Shown here piece by piece: positions 8,220 through 18,925 of a stretch of DNA of 64,000 nucleotides. A program made the translations under genes and the position numbers. How positions within the stretch are numbered: position 1 is the stretch's first letter; the number at the start of each line of letters is the position of its first letter. Under the pieces are notes generated by a model. That model ran no database searches. It worked only from the letters and a program-made list of their open reading frames with translations, and was not told the origin of the DNA. This DNA is from Flavobacteriales bacterium (lineage in GTDB: Bacteria > Bacteroidota > Bacteroidia > Flavobacteriales_D > Crocinitomicaceae). The DNA lies in the NCBI GenBank assembly GCA_947447525.1, contig CANFJL010000007.1, positions 99,076 through 163,075 of the forward strand. The letters run 5' to 3'.

Positions 8220-9095
8220 ATGAATACTGCTACACAAAACAAATCTTCTAAACTTGCTCGTTATACTGCAGTTGCAGGAGCTGTAATAGCTGGAAGTAAT
8301 GTAAATGCTCAAATAGTATACACTGATTTAGTACCCGATGTTGTATTAGATACTTTGAGCGCACCCTATATGTTAGATTTTAATAATGATGCTAGTCCTG
8401 ATTTAGTTTTTGGTGCACAACATTTCATTGGTTCTGGATCTCAAAGTGGAATTCAATTTACTTATATCGGAAATGGTGCTGTAGTTGGAATTCCTGCGGG
8501 AAATGCTTTAATAGGAGTTGCAGGATCAAGTTCTGCGTTTGATTTAACAGCACTAAATGCTGGTGACCCAATTTCTTCTGCTCAAAATTTCGGAGCTTCA
8601 AGTTCTAACGCACTTGCTTTAAATGCTGTAATTAATGCTGGTATTGCAGGAACATTTCCTGTGACACAAGGGAATTTCATAGGCGTTTCTAATAAATTTT
8701 TAGGTGCTCACTTTGCCATTGCAGGTGCAACACATTACGGTTGGGTGCAATTGTCGGTAAACCAACTTGCAGATACTTTAACAATTCATGATTATGCCTA
8801 TAATGCAACAGCAGATGCAGCGCTAAATGCTGGTCAAATGGTGGGATTAGAAAATGTAAAAGTGGAAGATAAAGTAACGATTTTCACTACCTTAAACAAT
8901 GCTAACATTAATGTAACACCAGATTTAATTGGTGGTAATATCCTAATGGTTGCTATGAATGGTGCTATAGTATCTACCAAGAAGATTACTGATGTCAATA
9001 CTGCAATTACTTTTGAAGGAATTGAAACAGGTATTTATACTATATCAGCGCAATTTGAAGGTGGAAATGTTTCCAAAAGAGTTTATATCAAATAA
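8220..9095 (+). CDS. secreted hypothetical protein with T9SS C-terminal sorting domain
   Basis: N-terminal signal-like region (AVAGAVIAGSNVNAQIVYTDL) and a C-terminal beta-sandwich tail (...GIYTISAQFEGGNVSKRVYIK) typical of Por/T9SS CTDs. Confidence 0.65.
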   Translation: MNTATQNKSSKLARYTAVAGAVIAGSNVNAQIVYTDLVPDVVLDTLSAPYMLDFNNDASPDLVFGAQHFIGSGSQSGIQFTYIGNGAVVGIPAGNALIGVAGSSSAFDLTALNAGDPISSAQNFGASSSNALALNAVINAGIAGTFPVTQGNFIGVSNKFLGAHFAIAGATHYGWVQLSVNQLADTLTIHDYAYNATADAALNAGQMVGLENVKVEDKVTIFTTLNNANINVTPDLIGGNILMVAMNGAIVSTKKITDVNTAITFEGIETGIYTISAQFEGGNVSKRVYIK

Positions 9096-9113
9096 GATAA
9101 AAATCAACTTTAC

Positions 9114-9139
9114 AAAAGCGGGCCTTGCTCGCTTTTTTT
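9114..9139 (+). terminator. rho-independent terminator after 8220-9095
   Basis: AGCGGG-CCTTG-CTCGCT hairpin followed by a T7 run. Confidence 0.6.
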
Positions 9140-9154
9140 ATGCAAATAAAAAAC

Positions 9155-10258
9155 ATGAATAAAAAAATAATTTACAGTGCGCTATTTCTACTTCCTTTAA
9201 TTGGCTTTGGACTTAGATATCAATTGAATAAAGAACAAATTACTACCAAAAGTCCACAAAAGGTAATTTCAAAAAATAACTTGGAAGATTCTGTTTTTAG
9301 TCTTGTAGCGGTGGGAGACATTATGATGGGAACTAACTACCCTAGTACTGATGGCTTGCCTCCAAAAAGCACAAATCTATTAGATTCAGTTCTTGAATAT
9401 TTAAAAGAAGGTGATCTTACCTTTGGGAATTTAGAGGGATCCATGTTTGATGGAGAGGGAACGCCAAAAAAATGTTCTAATCCTGCTGTTTGTTATGCCT
9501 TTAGACAACCTACTTATTTCATGAAACAGCTGCAAGCTGCTGGGTTTGATTTGTTTTCAATTGCCAACAATCATCTAGGCGACTTTGGAGATATCGGCAG
9601 GGCGGCAACTTGTGCTACCTTAAAAGAGTACAAAATGAAGTTTGCAGGACTAGAAAGGTGCCCTTGGGATACCTTAACGGTAAAAGGAGTTAAAATAGGT
9701 TTTACTGCCTTTGCTCCAAATACCCAATGCTTGCAAATTACAGATTTTACTACCTTGACAAAAACTGTAAAATTATTATCGGCGACTTGTGACATTGTAA
9801 TTGTTTCTTTTCACGGTGGTGCAGAAGGGAGTTCTAAAAGTCATGTTCCTAAAATGGAAGAAATCTTCTTGGGAGAAAATAGAGGTGATGTCTATAAATT
9901 TGCAAGGGTTGCCATCGATGCAGGTGCCGATGTAGTTTTAGGTCATGGTCCACATGTAACAAGAGCGGTGGACATTTATAAGAATAGATTTATTGCCTAT
10001 TCTATGGGTAATTTCTGTACTTATGGAAGTTTTAATTTAAAAGGAATCAGTGGACTCGCTCCGATTTATCAGCTCAAATTAAAGAAAGATGGAACTTTCA
10101 TTTCCGGCAAAGTTATTCCTACTATGCAAAAAGGTGAATGCGGACCCTTATTTGATCGAAATAAAAGTGTGTTTGAAGAGATTAGAAATTTAACCAAATC
10201 AGATTTTCCAGAGAATGGATTTCAACTCTCTGAAAGTGGATTTTTCACTTTTAATTGA
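9155..10258 (+). CDS. CapA family (poly-gamma-glutamate synthesis/metallophosphatase-like) protein
   Basis: Signal peptide, then GDIMMG, NLEG, ANNH and HGG..G motifs of the CapA/PGA_cap family. The ATG at 9155 is chosen because the terminator occupies 9114-9139. Confidence 0.8.
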   Translation: MNKKIIYSALFLLPLIGFGLRYQLNKEQITTKSPQKVISKNNLEDSVFSLVAVGDIMMGTNYPSTDGLPPKSTNLLDSVLEYLKEGDLTFGNLEGSMFDGEGTPKKCSNPAVCYAFRQPTYFMKQLQAAGFDLFSIANNHLGDFGDIGRAATCATLKEYKMKFAGLERCPWDTLTVKGVKIGFTAFAPNTQCLQITDFTTLTKTVKLLSATCDIVIVSFHGGAEGSSKSHVPKMEEIFLGENRGDVYKFARVAIDAGADVVLGHGPHVTRAVDIYKNRFIAYSMGNFCTYGSFNLKGISGLAPIYQLKLKKDGTFISGKVIPTMQKGECGPLFDRNKSVFEEIRNLTKSDFPENGFQLSESGFFTFN

Positions 10259-10260
10259 TT

Positions 10261-11859
10261 TTATTTATTCCCTGAAAGCATAAATTCTGATGTCGTATGA
10301 AAAACAATATCAGGATAATCTTGCTCAGCCATCGTCAACAAGAAAGGTGTTTCCGCTAAAAATACGGTGTAATTATCTTTATCTGTTGCTAAATAATTTG
10401 CCTTTGCTCTTTTAAAATTGGCAAGTTGTTCAGCGTTTTCACTCGTAATCCAACATGCCTTAGAAAAATTCCGATGAACAAAACGACAATTAGCGCCATA
10501 TTCATGAATCAATCGATAATTTATTACTTCAAACTGTAATTGACCTACAGTACCCACAATTTTACGATTACCAGGCTGCTGAATAAACAATTGAGCAACA
10601 CCTTCATCAATTAATTGGCGAATACCTTTTTCAAGTTGTTTTGATTTTAATGGGTCTAAATTTTCCAATTCTTGGAAAATTTCTGGAGAGAAACTTGGAA
10701 TCCCTTTGTAGGCCATAATTTCTCCAGAACTCATGGTATCTCCAATTTTAAAGTTACCTGTATCATACAATCCAACTACATCACCTGGATATGCTTCATC
10801 AATCACACTTTTATCCTGAGCTAAAAAAGAAGTAGGATTGGCAAACTTCATTTTTTTGTTTAATCTAACATGATGATAAAAAGTATTCCTTTCAAATTTT
10901 CCTGAAACGACGCGCAAAAACGCAATTCTATCGCGATGTTTCGGGTCTAGATTGGCGTGAATCTTAAAAACAAAACCAGAAAAATTATTTTCATCTGGTT
11001 CAACTCTTCTTACATCAGTATCACGACCGATTGGAGAAGGTGAAATTTCACAAAAGGTATCCAACAATTCACGTACACCAAAATTATTAACTGCCGAGCC
11101 AAAAAATACAGGAGCAATATCACCAGAAAGGTATTTATTGCGATCAAAAGGATCGTAAACACTTTCTATTATTTCAATTTCTTCTCTCAATTCTTTAGCA
11201 GGAGCATCACCTATAATGCTGTCTAAGATGGTGTCGGACAAACTATCAACTGCAACAACCTCAGCAGCTATCTTGGTTTTATTTGCTGCGAAAAGATTTA
11301 AACTTTGATTGTAAATATTGTAAACTCCCTGAAACCTATCCCCCATACCTATTGGCCATGTTAAAGGGCGCACATGAATGTCTAAGGTTTGTTCTAGTTC
11401 GTCTAATAAATCAAATGCTTCTTTACCATCACGGTCCATTTTATTGACAAAAACGATTACAGGAGTCTTTCGCATTCTACAAACTTCCATTAAACGCTTC
11501 GTTTGTTCCTCCACACCATTAGCACAATCAATTACTAGAATAACACTGTCGACAGCCGTTAAAGTTCTAAAGGTATCTTCGGCAAAATCTTTGTGACCGG
11601 GTGTGTCAAGAATGTTGATTTGTTTGTCCCGGTATTGAAATGCCATAACAGAAGTAGCGACAGAGATTCCTCTTTGTTTTTCTATCTCCATAAAATCGGA
11701 GGTAGCTGTTTTTTTAATCTTATTATTCTTAACTGCACCAGCAGTTTGAATAGCCCCTCCAAAAAGTAAAAGTTTCTCCGTTAAGGTAGTTTTACCAGCA
11801 TCCGGATGGGAAATAATCCCAAAAGTTCGTCTTTTTTCTATTTGTTCGAGGTCGCGCAT
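10261..11859 (-). CDS. prfC: peptide chain release factor 3
   Basis: Translational GTPase motifs ([18 protein letters not shown]) and RF3-specific length and C-terminal region. Confidence 0.95.
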   Translation of the reverse strand: MRDLEQIEKRRTFGIISHPDAGKTTLTEKLLLFGGAIQTAGAVKNNKIKKTATSDFMEIEKQRGISVATSVMAFQYRDKQINILDTPGHKDFAEDTFRTLTAVDSVILVIDCANGVEEQTKRLMEVCRMRKTPVIVFVNKMDRDGKEAFDLLDELEQTLDIHVRPLTWPIGMGDRFQGVYNIYNQSLNLFAANKTKIAAEVVAVDSLSDTILDSIIGDAPAKELREEIEIIESVYDPFDRNKYLSGDIAPVFFGSAVNNFGVRELLDTFCEISPSPIGRDTDVRRVEPDENNFSGFVFKIHANLDPKHRDRIAFLRVVSGKFERNTFYHHVRLNKKMKFANPTSFLAQDKSVIDEAYPGDVVGLYDTGNFKIGDTMSSGEIMAYKGIPSFSPEIFQELENLDPLKSKQLEKGIRQLIDEGVAQLFIQQPGNRKIVGTVGQLQFEVINYRLIHEYGANCRFVHRNFSKACWITSENAEQLANFKRAKANYLATDKDNYTVFLAETPFLLTMAEQDYPDIVFHTTSEFMLSGNK

Positions 11860-11873
11860 AAGACTATAAGAAT

Positions 11874-11899
11874 AAAAAAGACCGCCCAGGCAGTCTTTT
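11874..11899 (-). terminator. rho-independent terminator downstream of ndk
   Basis: On the minus strand: AAGACTGCC-TGG-GCGGTCTT hairpin followed by TTTTTT. Confidence 0.5.
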
Positions 11900-11922
11900 A
11901 ATTTATTTCAATAAATTTGAAA

Positions 11923-12342
11923 TTAGAAAATCTCGCTTGCACTAAAATGAAATGCACCTTCAATCGCAGCATTTTCATCTGAATCAGAACCATGCACTGC
12001 ATTTCTTCCTTTATTTTCAGCGTATGCCTTACGAATTGTACCGTCAGCTGCTTCTGCAGGATCTGTAGCACCAATTAATGTTCTGAAGTCAGCAACTGCA
12101 TTTTCTTTTTCTAAAATAGCAGCTACAATCGGACCAGAGGTCATATATTCTACTAATTCACCATAAAAAGGTCTTTCAGAGTGTACTTCGTAGAATTTTT
12201 TCGCATCCTCTAAAGACAACTGTGTATATTTCATTGCTTTGATAGAAAATCCAGCCTGGATAATCATATCTAAAATTTTTCCCATATGCATATTTTCAAT
12301 TGCATCAGGTTTTAACATTGTAAAAGTTCTATTCGTCGCCAT
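11923..12342 (-). CDS. ndk: nucleoside-diphosphate kinase
   Basis: ERTF.M.KPD N-terminus, active-site NAVHGSDS and 139 aa length. Confidence 0.95.
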   Translation of the reverse strand: MATNRTFTMLKPDAIENMHMGKILDMIIQAGFSIKAMKYTQLSLEDAKKFYEVHSERPFYGELVEYMTSGPIVAAILEKENAVADFRTLIGATDPAEAADGTIRKAYAENKGRNAVHGSDSDENAAIEGAFHFSASEIF

Positions 12343-12348
12343 TTTCTT

Positions 12349-12356
12349 ATAAATTT
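12349..12356 (+). promoter_or_regulatory. -7 promoter motif TAnnTTTG (TAAATTTG)
   Basis: Exact motif. It overlaps the TTG at 12355 used by the ORF track, which favours the ATG at 12418 as the true start. Confidence 0.3.
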
Positions 12357-12417
12357 GGGTGCAAAGATAGGGAATATTAAAAATGTAACCTTAAAACAAA
12401 GCATTCATTTTATCATT

Positions 12418-12963
12418 ATGACAAAAATAAAATCACTAATCACCTCAGGGCTATTCATAACGGAGTTAATTATTACTGCTTGCGGACCCAACAAGACAGC
12501 GGAAAAATCAAAAATCAAGACTCCGCCTCAGGAAAATAATTCAACTGTTCCTGCCAAAAAAAAGGTGGAGGAAGACATTAAAGAATCTCCGAATGTTCCT
12601 ACCCAGTTACTCCCTATTCAAAAAAAGACTGAAAAAGCACCCAATGAAATGCTTGTGCCTAAAGTACTAAAAATGGCGCCAGAAATGACTATTCCTCAAA
12701 AATGGACCGATGCTTTTGCTGCCCCTGAATGGCAAGAGTATTACCATGAAAGTTCTAGTGCCTTTATGAACGGATGGGAAAAAGAATTACAAAAAGATTC
12801 TTCTTTTATTATCAATAAGGACGATTTACTCAGAATTTACAGAGGTAAAATGGAAAAAATATTTTATGCTAGTCCAGAATTTGTTGAGTATAGCGTTCAA
12901 AAATTAAAATCAGAAAGTCAATTCGAAATACTTGAAAAAAAATTCCCAAAGCACTTTAATTAA
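12418..12963 (+). CDS. hypothetical lipoprotein
   Basis: MTKIKSLITSGLFITELIITAC lipobox-like signal. No recognisable domain. Confidence 0.55.
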   Translation: MTKIKSLITSGLFITELIITACGPNKTAEKSKIKTPPQENNSTVPAKKKVEEDIKESPNVPTQLLPIQKKTEKAPNEMLVPKVLKMAPEMTIPQKWTDAFAAPEWQEYYHESSSAFMNGWEKELQKDSSFIINKDDLLRIYRGKMEKIFYASPEFVEYSVQKLKSESQFEILEKKFPKHFN

Positions 12964-15394
12964 CAAGAGGCAGTTTCTTTTTAGCAGCGAATTCGATAAT
13001 AATTCCAATCGTAGGCTGAATAATTCCTGAAGCATTTTCAATATATTTTGTCTGGTACCGCGTTGGGTCATTAGGATCAGTCACTGGAGCGCCTGCAGCA
13101 TCTGTAACTACTAATAAGGTTGGAGCCAAAATAGTTTTGTGCGCATAAGCATTTTGAATGTCTAGATAAAAATTCAGGTTGAACTTATCCAAAAACAGTT
13201 TCTTGTCCACCCTAACATTCAATTGATGATAATTTGATTCACGTTGTGTGTTCAATTTATTATAATCCAACAAACCAAAACCATTAATATCCCAATTTTG
13301 TTTTAGGCTAGAGTTAGCTACATCATACGGAGTGTAAGGAGAACCTCCCGAGAACAACCAACGCATTCCGATTTCCCAACCATTTTTGAATCGTTTTCCA
13401 CCTGTTAAAGAAACAATGTTTCTACTATCCCATGCTGTTGGAACGTATTTACCCAATTTGTCTTGAAATTCAGATTTCACAAAAGTATAAGCCACAACTG
13501 CATAAAAACCTTTAAATAATTTTTGCTGATATAAGAATTCAAATCCGTACGATCTTCCCATGGATTGAGAACGCACTGCTTCATTTCCAACAACTCCAAA
13601 ATCAGAACCAATATTAGCCAAGCACAAAGAGTCTTTGGTAGAAAAAGGATAGTAATTATATTTTTTATAAAAACCTTCAACCGTAAAACGAGAACTAATT
13701 TCAGTAAGATATTCAGCACCCAGAACAAAATGATCTGCTTGAATATATTTCAAGTCATTTGCTTTATTGATTAATGACCCTTGCGCATCCCGGTAACCAA
13801 GAATGGTATAAGAAGGAAGTTGATGGTAACGGGCAATATTTCCATTGATAGCAATTTTCTTTGTCACCCGATAATTCAAGGAAAAGCTTGGAGAAAGTTG
13901 ATTCAATAAATTAGACATGTTTTTTGAATAATTGGTTCCGTCTGCTCGTAAGCCAATAGAAAGATTTAATTTTTCATTAAACAAACCTTTACTTAATTGA
14001 GAAAAGGCGCTGTATTTACTTAAAAACAAATCAGATTTAAAATCAATGGTCACAGGCTGACCTTGAATGGTAATTTTATTATACGTAGAATTAAAATATC
14101 GGGCATATTCATAACCTGCTCCAACATTCCAACGCCATCCATCTTTTTTATAAGTGTGTTCTATTCTAACCTTATTTTCTGCCTCAAAAGAAGCATAATC
14201 TAAGAGCTTATTGGCTTGAGTTTCTATAAAATCCTTGTAACGCGTTGATGAATTGTTCAACATGTTGCGACTGATAACGATATTTTGAATGCCATTTTTA
14301 CTAGAATGCATATAATTGATGCCTAGGGTATAATTCCATTGTTGTTGTAGCGGCAAATTTCCAAGAATGTAATTGTTGTATTCCCTTTGAGCAGTATCTG
14401 TCAAATTATCATTAACAGAAGTATTCAATCTAAAATTATCAATTGCTCCTAAACCAATAACTGAAAGTTTACTATTCTTATTAATCTTGTAATTATACTT
14501 AAACTGAAAATCATTATAGGTAGGTAAAATCGGTAATTTCAATGCGGCAAATAGAAATTGCAGGTAAGACCTACGCGCTGAAAAAATAAAATTCGAGTTT
14601 TTACCCAAGGGACCATCCAATGTAATTGCAGCATCACTAGAGCCCAAAGCGAAATTGGTGATCAATCCATCACTATTTCCTTCTTTCTGTTTAAAAGAAA
14701 TCACACTACTCAAGCCATTAGCTCTATTTGAAGGAAAGGCACCTGCATAAAAATCAACTTCTCTGATGAAATTTACATTTAACAATCCAACAGGTCCACC
14801 ACTACTACCTTGGGTAGCAAAGTGATTGATGTTGGGAACTTCAATGCCATCTAAATAAAATTTATTTTCTCCAGGAGATCCTCCTCTAATGATGATGTCA
14901 TTTCGGAAAGTAGCACGAGAAGCGACACCAGGAAGCGCTGCAATTACGCGACTTACATCACGATTTGCTCCGGGTAGTCTTTCAATTTCAGTTGAATTCA
15001 AAGTCTTTAATGAGACAGGTGATTCTACATTTCTTAAAAATCTATTCCCATTAATCACAACTTCTTTTTGATCTTTAACAATAAAATCCAAATTAAAGTC
15101 TAATTCAATTGAACGTGCATTGGTAACTGTAATTTCATTGATGATTTCATCTTTAAATCCAGGACAACTTGCTTTAAAAGAATAGATTCCTGGGGAAATG
15201 CCTTTTATTTCATAAGATCCGTCTTCTAAAGAAACAGCTCCTTTTTGCTGTTCAAGAATGGAAATCTTTACAAAAGCTATTGCTTCATTGTTGGCAGCAT
15301 TTACAACATGACCACGAACCAATCCATTTTGAGAAAAAGAATAGAAAGAAAGAAAAATTATGAAAATAAAAAAGAGAGGAGATAAAAATTTCAT
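12956..15394 (-). CDS. TonB-dependent receptor with N-terminal carboxypeptidase-regulatory-like domain
   Basis: Signal peptide, CarboxypepD_reg-like segment (GHVVNAANNEAIAFVKISI), plug region and a long beta-barrel with aromatic-rich strands. Confidence 0.85.
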   Translation of the reverse strand: MKFLSPLFFIFIIFLSFYSFSQNGLVRGHVVNAANNEAIAFVKISILEQQKGAVSLEDGSYEIKGISPGIYSFKASCPGFKDEIINEITVTNARSIELDFNLDFIVKDQKEVVINGNRFLRNVESPVSLKTLNSTEIERLPGANRDVSRVIAALPGVASRATFRNDIIIRGGSPGENKFYLDGIEVPNINHFATQGSSGGPVGLLNVNFIREVDFYAGAFPSNRANGLSSVISFKQKEGNSDGLITNFALGSSDAAITLDGPLGKNSNFIFSARRSYLQFLFAALKLPILPTYNDFQFKYNYKINKNSKLSVIGLGAIDNFRLNTSVNDNLTDTAQREYNNYILGNLPLQQQWNYTLGINYMHSSKNGIQNIVISRNMLNNSSTRYKDFIETQANKLLDYASFEAENKVRIEHTYKKDGWRWNVGAGYEYARYFNSTYNKITIQGQPVTIDFKSDLFLSKYSAFSQLSKGLFNEKLNLSIGLRADGTNYSKNMSNLLNQLSPSFSLNYRVTKKIAINGNIARYHQLPSYTILGYRDAQGSLINKANDLKYIQADHFVLGAEYLTEISSRFTVEGFYKKYNYYPFSTKDSLCLANIGSDFGVVGNEAVRSQSMGRSYGFEFLYQQKLFKGFYAVVAYTFVKSEFQDKLGKYVPTAWDSRNIVSLTGGKRFKNGWEIGMRWLFSGGSPYTPYDVANSSLKQNWDINGFGLLDYNKLNTQRESNYHQLNVRVDKKLFLDKFNLNFYLDIQNAYAHKTILAPTLLVVTDAAGAPVTDPNDPTRYQTKYIENASGIIQPTIGIIIEFAAKKKLPLVN

Positions 15395-15441
15395 GGTGTT
15401 TTTTATTCGTTAACAAATTAAATTTCAATTTGTTTACAAAA

Positions 15442-15879
15442 CTAAAAATCTTTAGTAGTTCTTGTCCATGATTGAGTGCGGTAAAATGGTCCAATATAAC
15501 CTCTAACATTTAATTTATCTGGTTTTGAGGCATCTATCCACATTTTAACAGTATAAATCTTACCATTCTCTGGATCTACAATGGTACCATCCTCCCATTC
15601 GCTGCCATTCCATTTTAATCCACGAACAATTTGCAAACCGTCTAATGGTTTGTTTTTACGATCATCTGTACATTTGGTACATTTAGGGTTAGGGCCTCTA
15701 CCCTCTCTTGGATATAAATAAATAATTTTTCCATATAATTTCCCATCAGTTTTATAGAGCTCTACGACAGATTTTTTCTTGCCCGTATTATCATCAATGG
15801 TAATCCAATTCCCAAGGCAACTTTGAGCCAAAGAAATTTTAGTGACCAAAATACAAATAAATAAGAGGATAAATTTCAT
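15442..15879 (-). CDS. DUF2147 domain-containing secreted protein
   Basis: Signal peptide, then GNWITIDDNTGKKKSVVELYKTDGKLYGKI and GTIVDPENGKIYTVKMW, which recall DUF2147. Confidence 0.7.
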   Translation of the reverse strand: MKFILLFICILVTKISLAQSCLGNWITIDDNTGKKKSVVELYKTDGKLYGKIIYLYPREGRGPNPKCTKCTDDRKNKPLDGLQIVRGLKWNGSEWEDGTIVDPENGKIYTVKMWIDASKPDKLNVRGYIGPFYRTQSWTRTTKDF

Positions 15880-15884
15880 TTTTT

Positions 15885-16454
15885 TTATTTTAAAGATAAA
15901 CAAAATTGAATATAATTTTTCAAAATTAAAGAACCATTTTCGGTCAAAATTGATTCAGGATGAAATTGAACACCAAATTGATAATTTTCCAAAACCTCCA
16001 ATCCCATCGCAACCCCTTCCTCTGATTCTGCAATAAGAAAGTCTTCAGAAAGATCGACTACTTTCCAACTGTGATACAATCCAACTTTAAATTCCTGCGG
16101 TAAATCTTTGAATAATAAAGAAGGTTTTAATTGAATCACTTGGGCATTGACTCCGTGTTTCACTTCCAACTGATTTACAAGACGAGCGCCCAGGAACTCA
16201 GAAATGCCTTGCATTCCTAAACATATCCCTAAAACTGGAACTTTACCTTTGCAAATATTTAACACCTCAAATAGATACTTTTTTTCTTTAGGCAAACCAG
16301 GTCCTGGAGAAAGCACAATACCATCAAATGAAAACAACGCGTCTAAATCTAGGTCGTTTTCCCTAAGCACAATAACCTCACAATTCAAATTTTTGAAGTA
16401 ATGGGCGAGATTGTAGGTAAAAGAATCGTAAAAATCGATGATTAATAGTCTCAT
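15885..16454 (-). CDS. anthranilate/aminodeoxychorismate synthase component II (class I glutamine amidotransferase)
   Basis: LLIDFYDSFTYNL, catalytic GICLGMQ and FHPES motifs. 189 aa. Confidence 0.85.
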   Translation of the reverse strand: MRLLIIDFYDSFTYNLAHYFKNLNCEVIVLRENDLDLDALFSFDGIVLSPGPGLPKEKKYLFEVLNICKGKVPVLGICLGMQGISEFLGARLVNQLEVKHGVNAQVIQLKPSLLFKDLPQEFKVGLYHSWKVVDLSEDFLIAESEEGVAMGLEVLENYQFGVQFHPESILTENGSLILKNYIQFCLSLK

Positions 16455-16529
16455 TTGGAGGTTTTGTTTTTACTTTGCAAAAGTAGCAAAGAGAATAAAG
16501 TAAATTTGAAAAAAATAATTAAAAATAAA

Positions 16530-16910
16530 ATGAGTAAAATTTCCATTCAAATACCTGAAGCACCATTACCAATTGGTCCTTACAGTCCTGCGATATTAAA
16601 AAACGGCACCTTGTATATTAGTGGACAAGTTCCTTTGAATCCAACGACAGGGAAATTAATTAATGATGATATTAAAGCTGCGACCCAACAGGTAATGGAA
16701 AATTTGGGAGCGCTATTAAATGCCGCTGACATGGGATTTGATGATGTTGTAAAATGCTCTATCTTTATGAAAGACTTGGGAGATTTTCAAGAAATGAATG
16801 CTGTATATGGAACTTATTTTAAAACTATTCCACCAGCACGAGAAACAATAGAAATAGCGAGACTTCCGTTAGATGCCATAATTGAAATTTCTTGTATTGC
16901 CATAAAATGA
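16530..16910 (+). CDS. ridA: RidA family reactive-intermediate deaminase (YjgF/L-PSP)
   Basis: PIGPYSPA...LYISGQVPL...ARETIEIARLP motifs. The ATG at 16530 is preferred over the extended TTG start. Confidence 0.9.
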   Translation: MSKISIQIPEAPLPIGPYSPAILKNGTLYISGQVPLNPTTGKLINDDIKAATQQVMENLGALLNAADMGFDDVVKCSIFMKDLGDFQEMNAVYGTYFKTIPPARETIEIARLPLDAIIEISCIAIK

Positions 16911-18865
16911 AAATGAATCCAAATAGTTTTGATTTAAGTATTATCATCGTTAATTATAATGTTGAGTTTTTTCTCGAGCAATGCTTGAACTCAGTTGAAA
17001 AAGCCCGGCAAAAATTAAATATCGAAGTCTTTGTTGTAGACAATAATAGTTCTGATGGATCCATGTCAATGGTTGAAAGAAAATTTCAAAATGTTAAAAG
17101 AATTGAAAACAAAGAAAACCTAGGTTTTGCAAAAGCCAACAATCAAGCCATTGCATTAGCTTCAGGAAAATACATACTCTTACTCAATCCAGATACGGTG
17201 ATTGAAGAACAAACACTGAGTCTTGTTTTTCAACGCATGGAAGCAGATCAAAATATCGGTGGATTGGGCGTTCGAATGGTTGATGGGAAAGGGATTTTTC
17301 TACCTGAATCAAAAAGAGGATTACCAACTCCAGCAGTTGCTTTCTATAAAATATTTGGATTTTCAAAACTCTTTAAGAAATCAAAACTTTTTGGTCGTTA
17401 TCATCTGAGCTACCTTCCTGAAATGGAAGAACATGAAATTGATATACTCAGTGGGGCGTTTATGTGTATGCGGAAAGAGGTATTGGAACAAATTGGTTAT
17501 TTAGACGAAACCTTTTTCATGTATGGCGAGGATATTGATCTTTCTTATAGAATTCAAAAGGCAGGATTTAAAAATCTATATTTCCCTCAAACAAGCATTA
17601 TTCATTACAAGGGAGAAAGTACCAAGAAGAGTTCTGTGAATTATGTATTTGTTTTTTATCGAGCCATGGTGATTTTTGCTAAAAAACATTTTTCACAACA
17701 GAATGCCTCTTTGTTTTCCTTAGCTATTAATGCTGCGATTTATTTGCGTGCTGGAATAGCGATTGTACAACGCTTTATTAAATTTTTCGGTCCTATTATA
17801 GTTCAATCTGCGATACTGCTTCTTGGACTATTTGCACTAACCTATCAATGGCAACAACGAGAAATCACCTTTCCACAAGCAGCTTACCAACTGATGATAC
17901 CCACCTATTTTATCATTTGGACCCTAAGTTATTTACTTTGTGGAGCTTTTGACGAACCTTTTAGGGTAAGTAAACAATTGAAGGGTGTAATTATTGGAAC
18001 CGGTTTGATTCTTATTTTATATGCCTTATTGCCGAAAGAACTTCAATTTTCTAGATTGTATGTACTAATTGGTGGCCTTTGGTATTTTCTGTGGAATATA
18101 TTAAATAGATTACTTAAGAACCTTTTGAGTGGAAAAGGTTGGCACCTGAATAGAAAAGTTAAACGAAAATTCCTGATTATTGGAGATGAAGAGGAAGTGA
18201 GAAGAGTGGAGCGCTTATTGCATCAAACTTTTAGTGCTATATCATCGGTTTCTGCAGTGGCAGTTCACGAACATTTTAGCGGAGCAATAGGTGATTTACG
18301 CCAAATTGAAAAAGTAATTCAAGAATTAAAAATAGACGAATTGATTTTCTGTGCAAAAGATATCAGTGCCAGGCAAATTATTCAAATTATGGGTGATGTA
18401 AAATCTGAAGAAATTGATTTTAAAATTGCACAACCAGATGCCCAATTTATCATTGGAAGTAATTCCATTGATAACAGTGGTGAAATGTATGTGCTAAACA
18501 TCAGTACTCTGAACAGACCTAGTACCTTACGATCTAAAAGATTACTCGACGTTCTTTTTGCAGTAATTACTTTAGCATTATCTCCCATTCTTATATTCCT
18601 ATTTAACAACAAAAAACAATTTTTAAAGAATCAATTGCAACTCATAATAGGAAACAAAACACTCGTCGGATTTTATAGGAATGAAGAGGTGAAAGACACT
18701 AATTTACCTCAACTTAGGAAAGGAATATTAAATCCAATGGATGGAAATTTGGGTCTTCCAAATGAGAATATGGACAAGGTGAATTTAATCTATTCAAGAG
18801 ATTATTCATTATTGAAAGATTTAGGCATTATATTAAAGCATTGGAGAAAATTAGATCGCGTTTAA
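16907..18865 (+). CDS. family 2 glycosyltransferase fused to a polytopic membrane region and a degenerate sugar-transferase (PGT-like) C-terminus
   Basis: GT2 motifs (LSIIIVNYN, VVDNNSSDGS, YGEDIDL), then about 4-5 TM helices, then a WbaP/WcaJ-like linker (FLIIGDEEE...ELIFCAKD) and KRLLDVLFAVITLALSPILIF. The ATG overlaps the ridA stop (ATGA). Confidence 0.8.
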   Translation: MKMNPNSFDLSIIIVNYNVEFFLEQCLNSVEKARQKLNIEVFVVDNNSSDGSMSMVERKFQNVKRIENKENLGFAKANNQAIALASGKYILLLNPDTVIEEQTLSLVFQRMEADQNIGGLGVRMVDGKGIFLPESKRGLPTPAVAFYKIFGFSKLFKKSKLFGRYHLSYLPEMEEHEIDILSGAFMCMRKEVLEQIGYLDETFFMYGEDIDLSYRIQKAGFKNLYFPQTSIIHYKGESTKKSSVNYVFVFYRAMVIFAKKHFSQQNASLFSLAINAAIYLRAGIAIVQRFIKFFGPIIVQSAILLLGLFALTYQWQQREITFPQAAYQLMIPTYFIIWTLSYLLCGAFDEPFRVSKQLKGVIIGTGLILILYALLPKELQFSRLYVLIGGLWYFLWNILNRLLKNLLSGKGWHLNRKVKRKFLIIGDEEEVRRVERLLHQTFSAISSVSAVAVHEHFSGAIGDLRQIEKVIQELKIDELIFCAKDISARQIIQIMGDVKSEEIDFKIAQPDAQFIIGSNSIDNSGEMYVLNISTLNRPSTLRSKRLLDVLFAVITLALSPILIFLFNNKKQFLKNQLQLIIGNKTLVGFYRNEEVKDTNLPQLRKGILNPMDGNLGLPNENMDKVNLIYSRDYSLLKDLGIILKHWRKLDRV

Positions 18866-18925
18866 TAATTGTTGTAATATCTAACATTTTGACTAATTTT
18901 ACACTCAAATAAATGAATATTTAAG

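Noticed and set aside
9125-9154. N-terminal extensions proposed by the ORF track at 1173, 4238, 9125, 12355, 15903, 16455, 16892, 27687, 27809, 31203, 42228, 48326, 48528 and 56988.
   Set aside because: The extensions run through terminators or TAnnTTTG promoter motifs, or overlap neighbouring genes. Internal ATGs give canonical signal peptides or family-typical N-termini.
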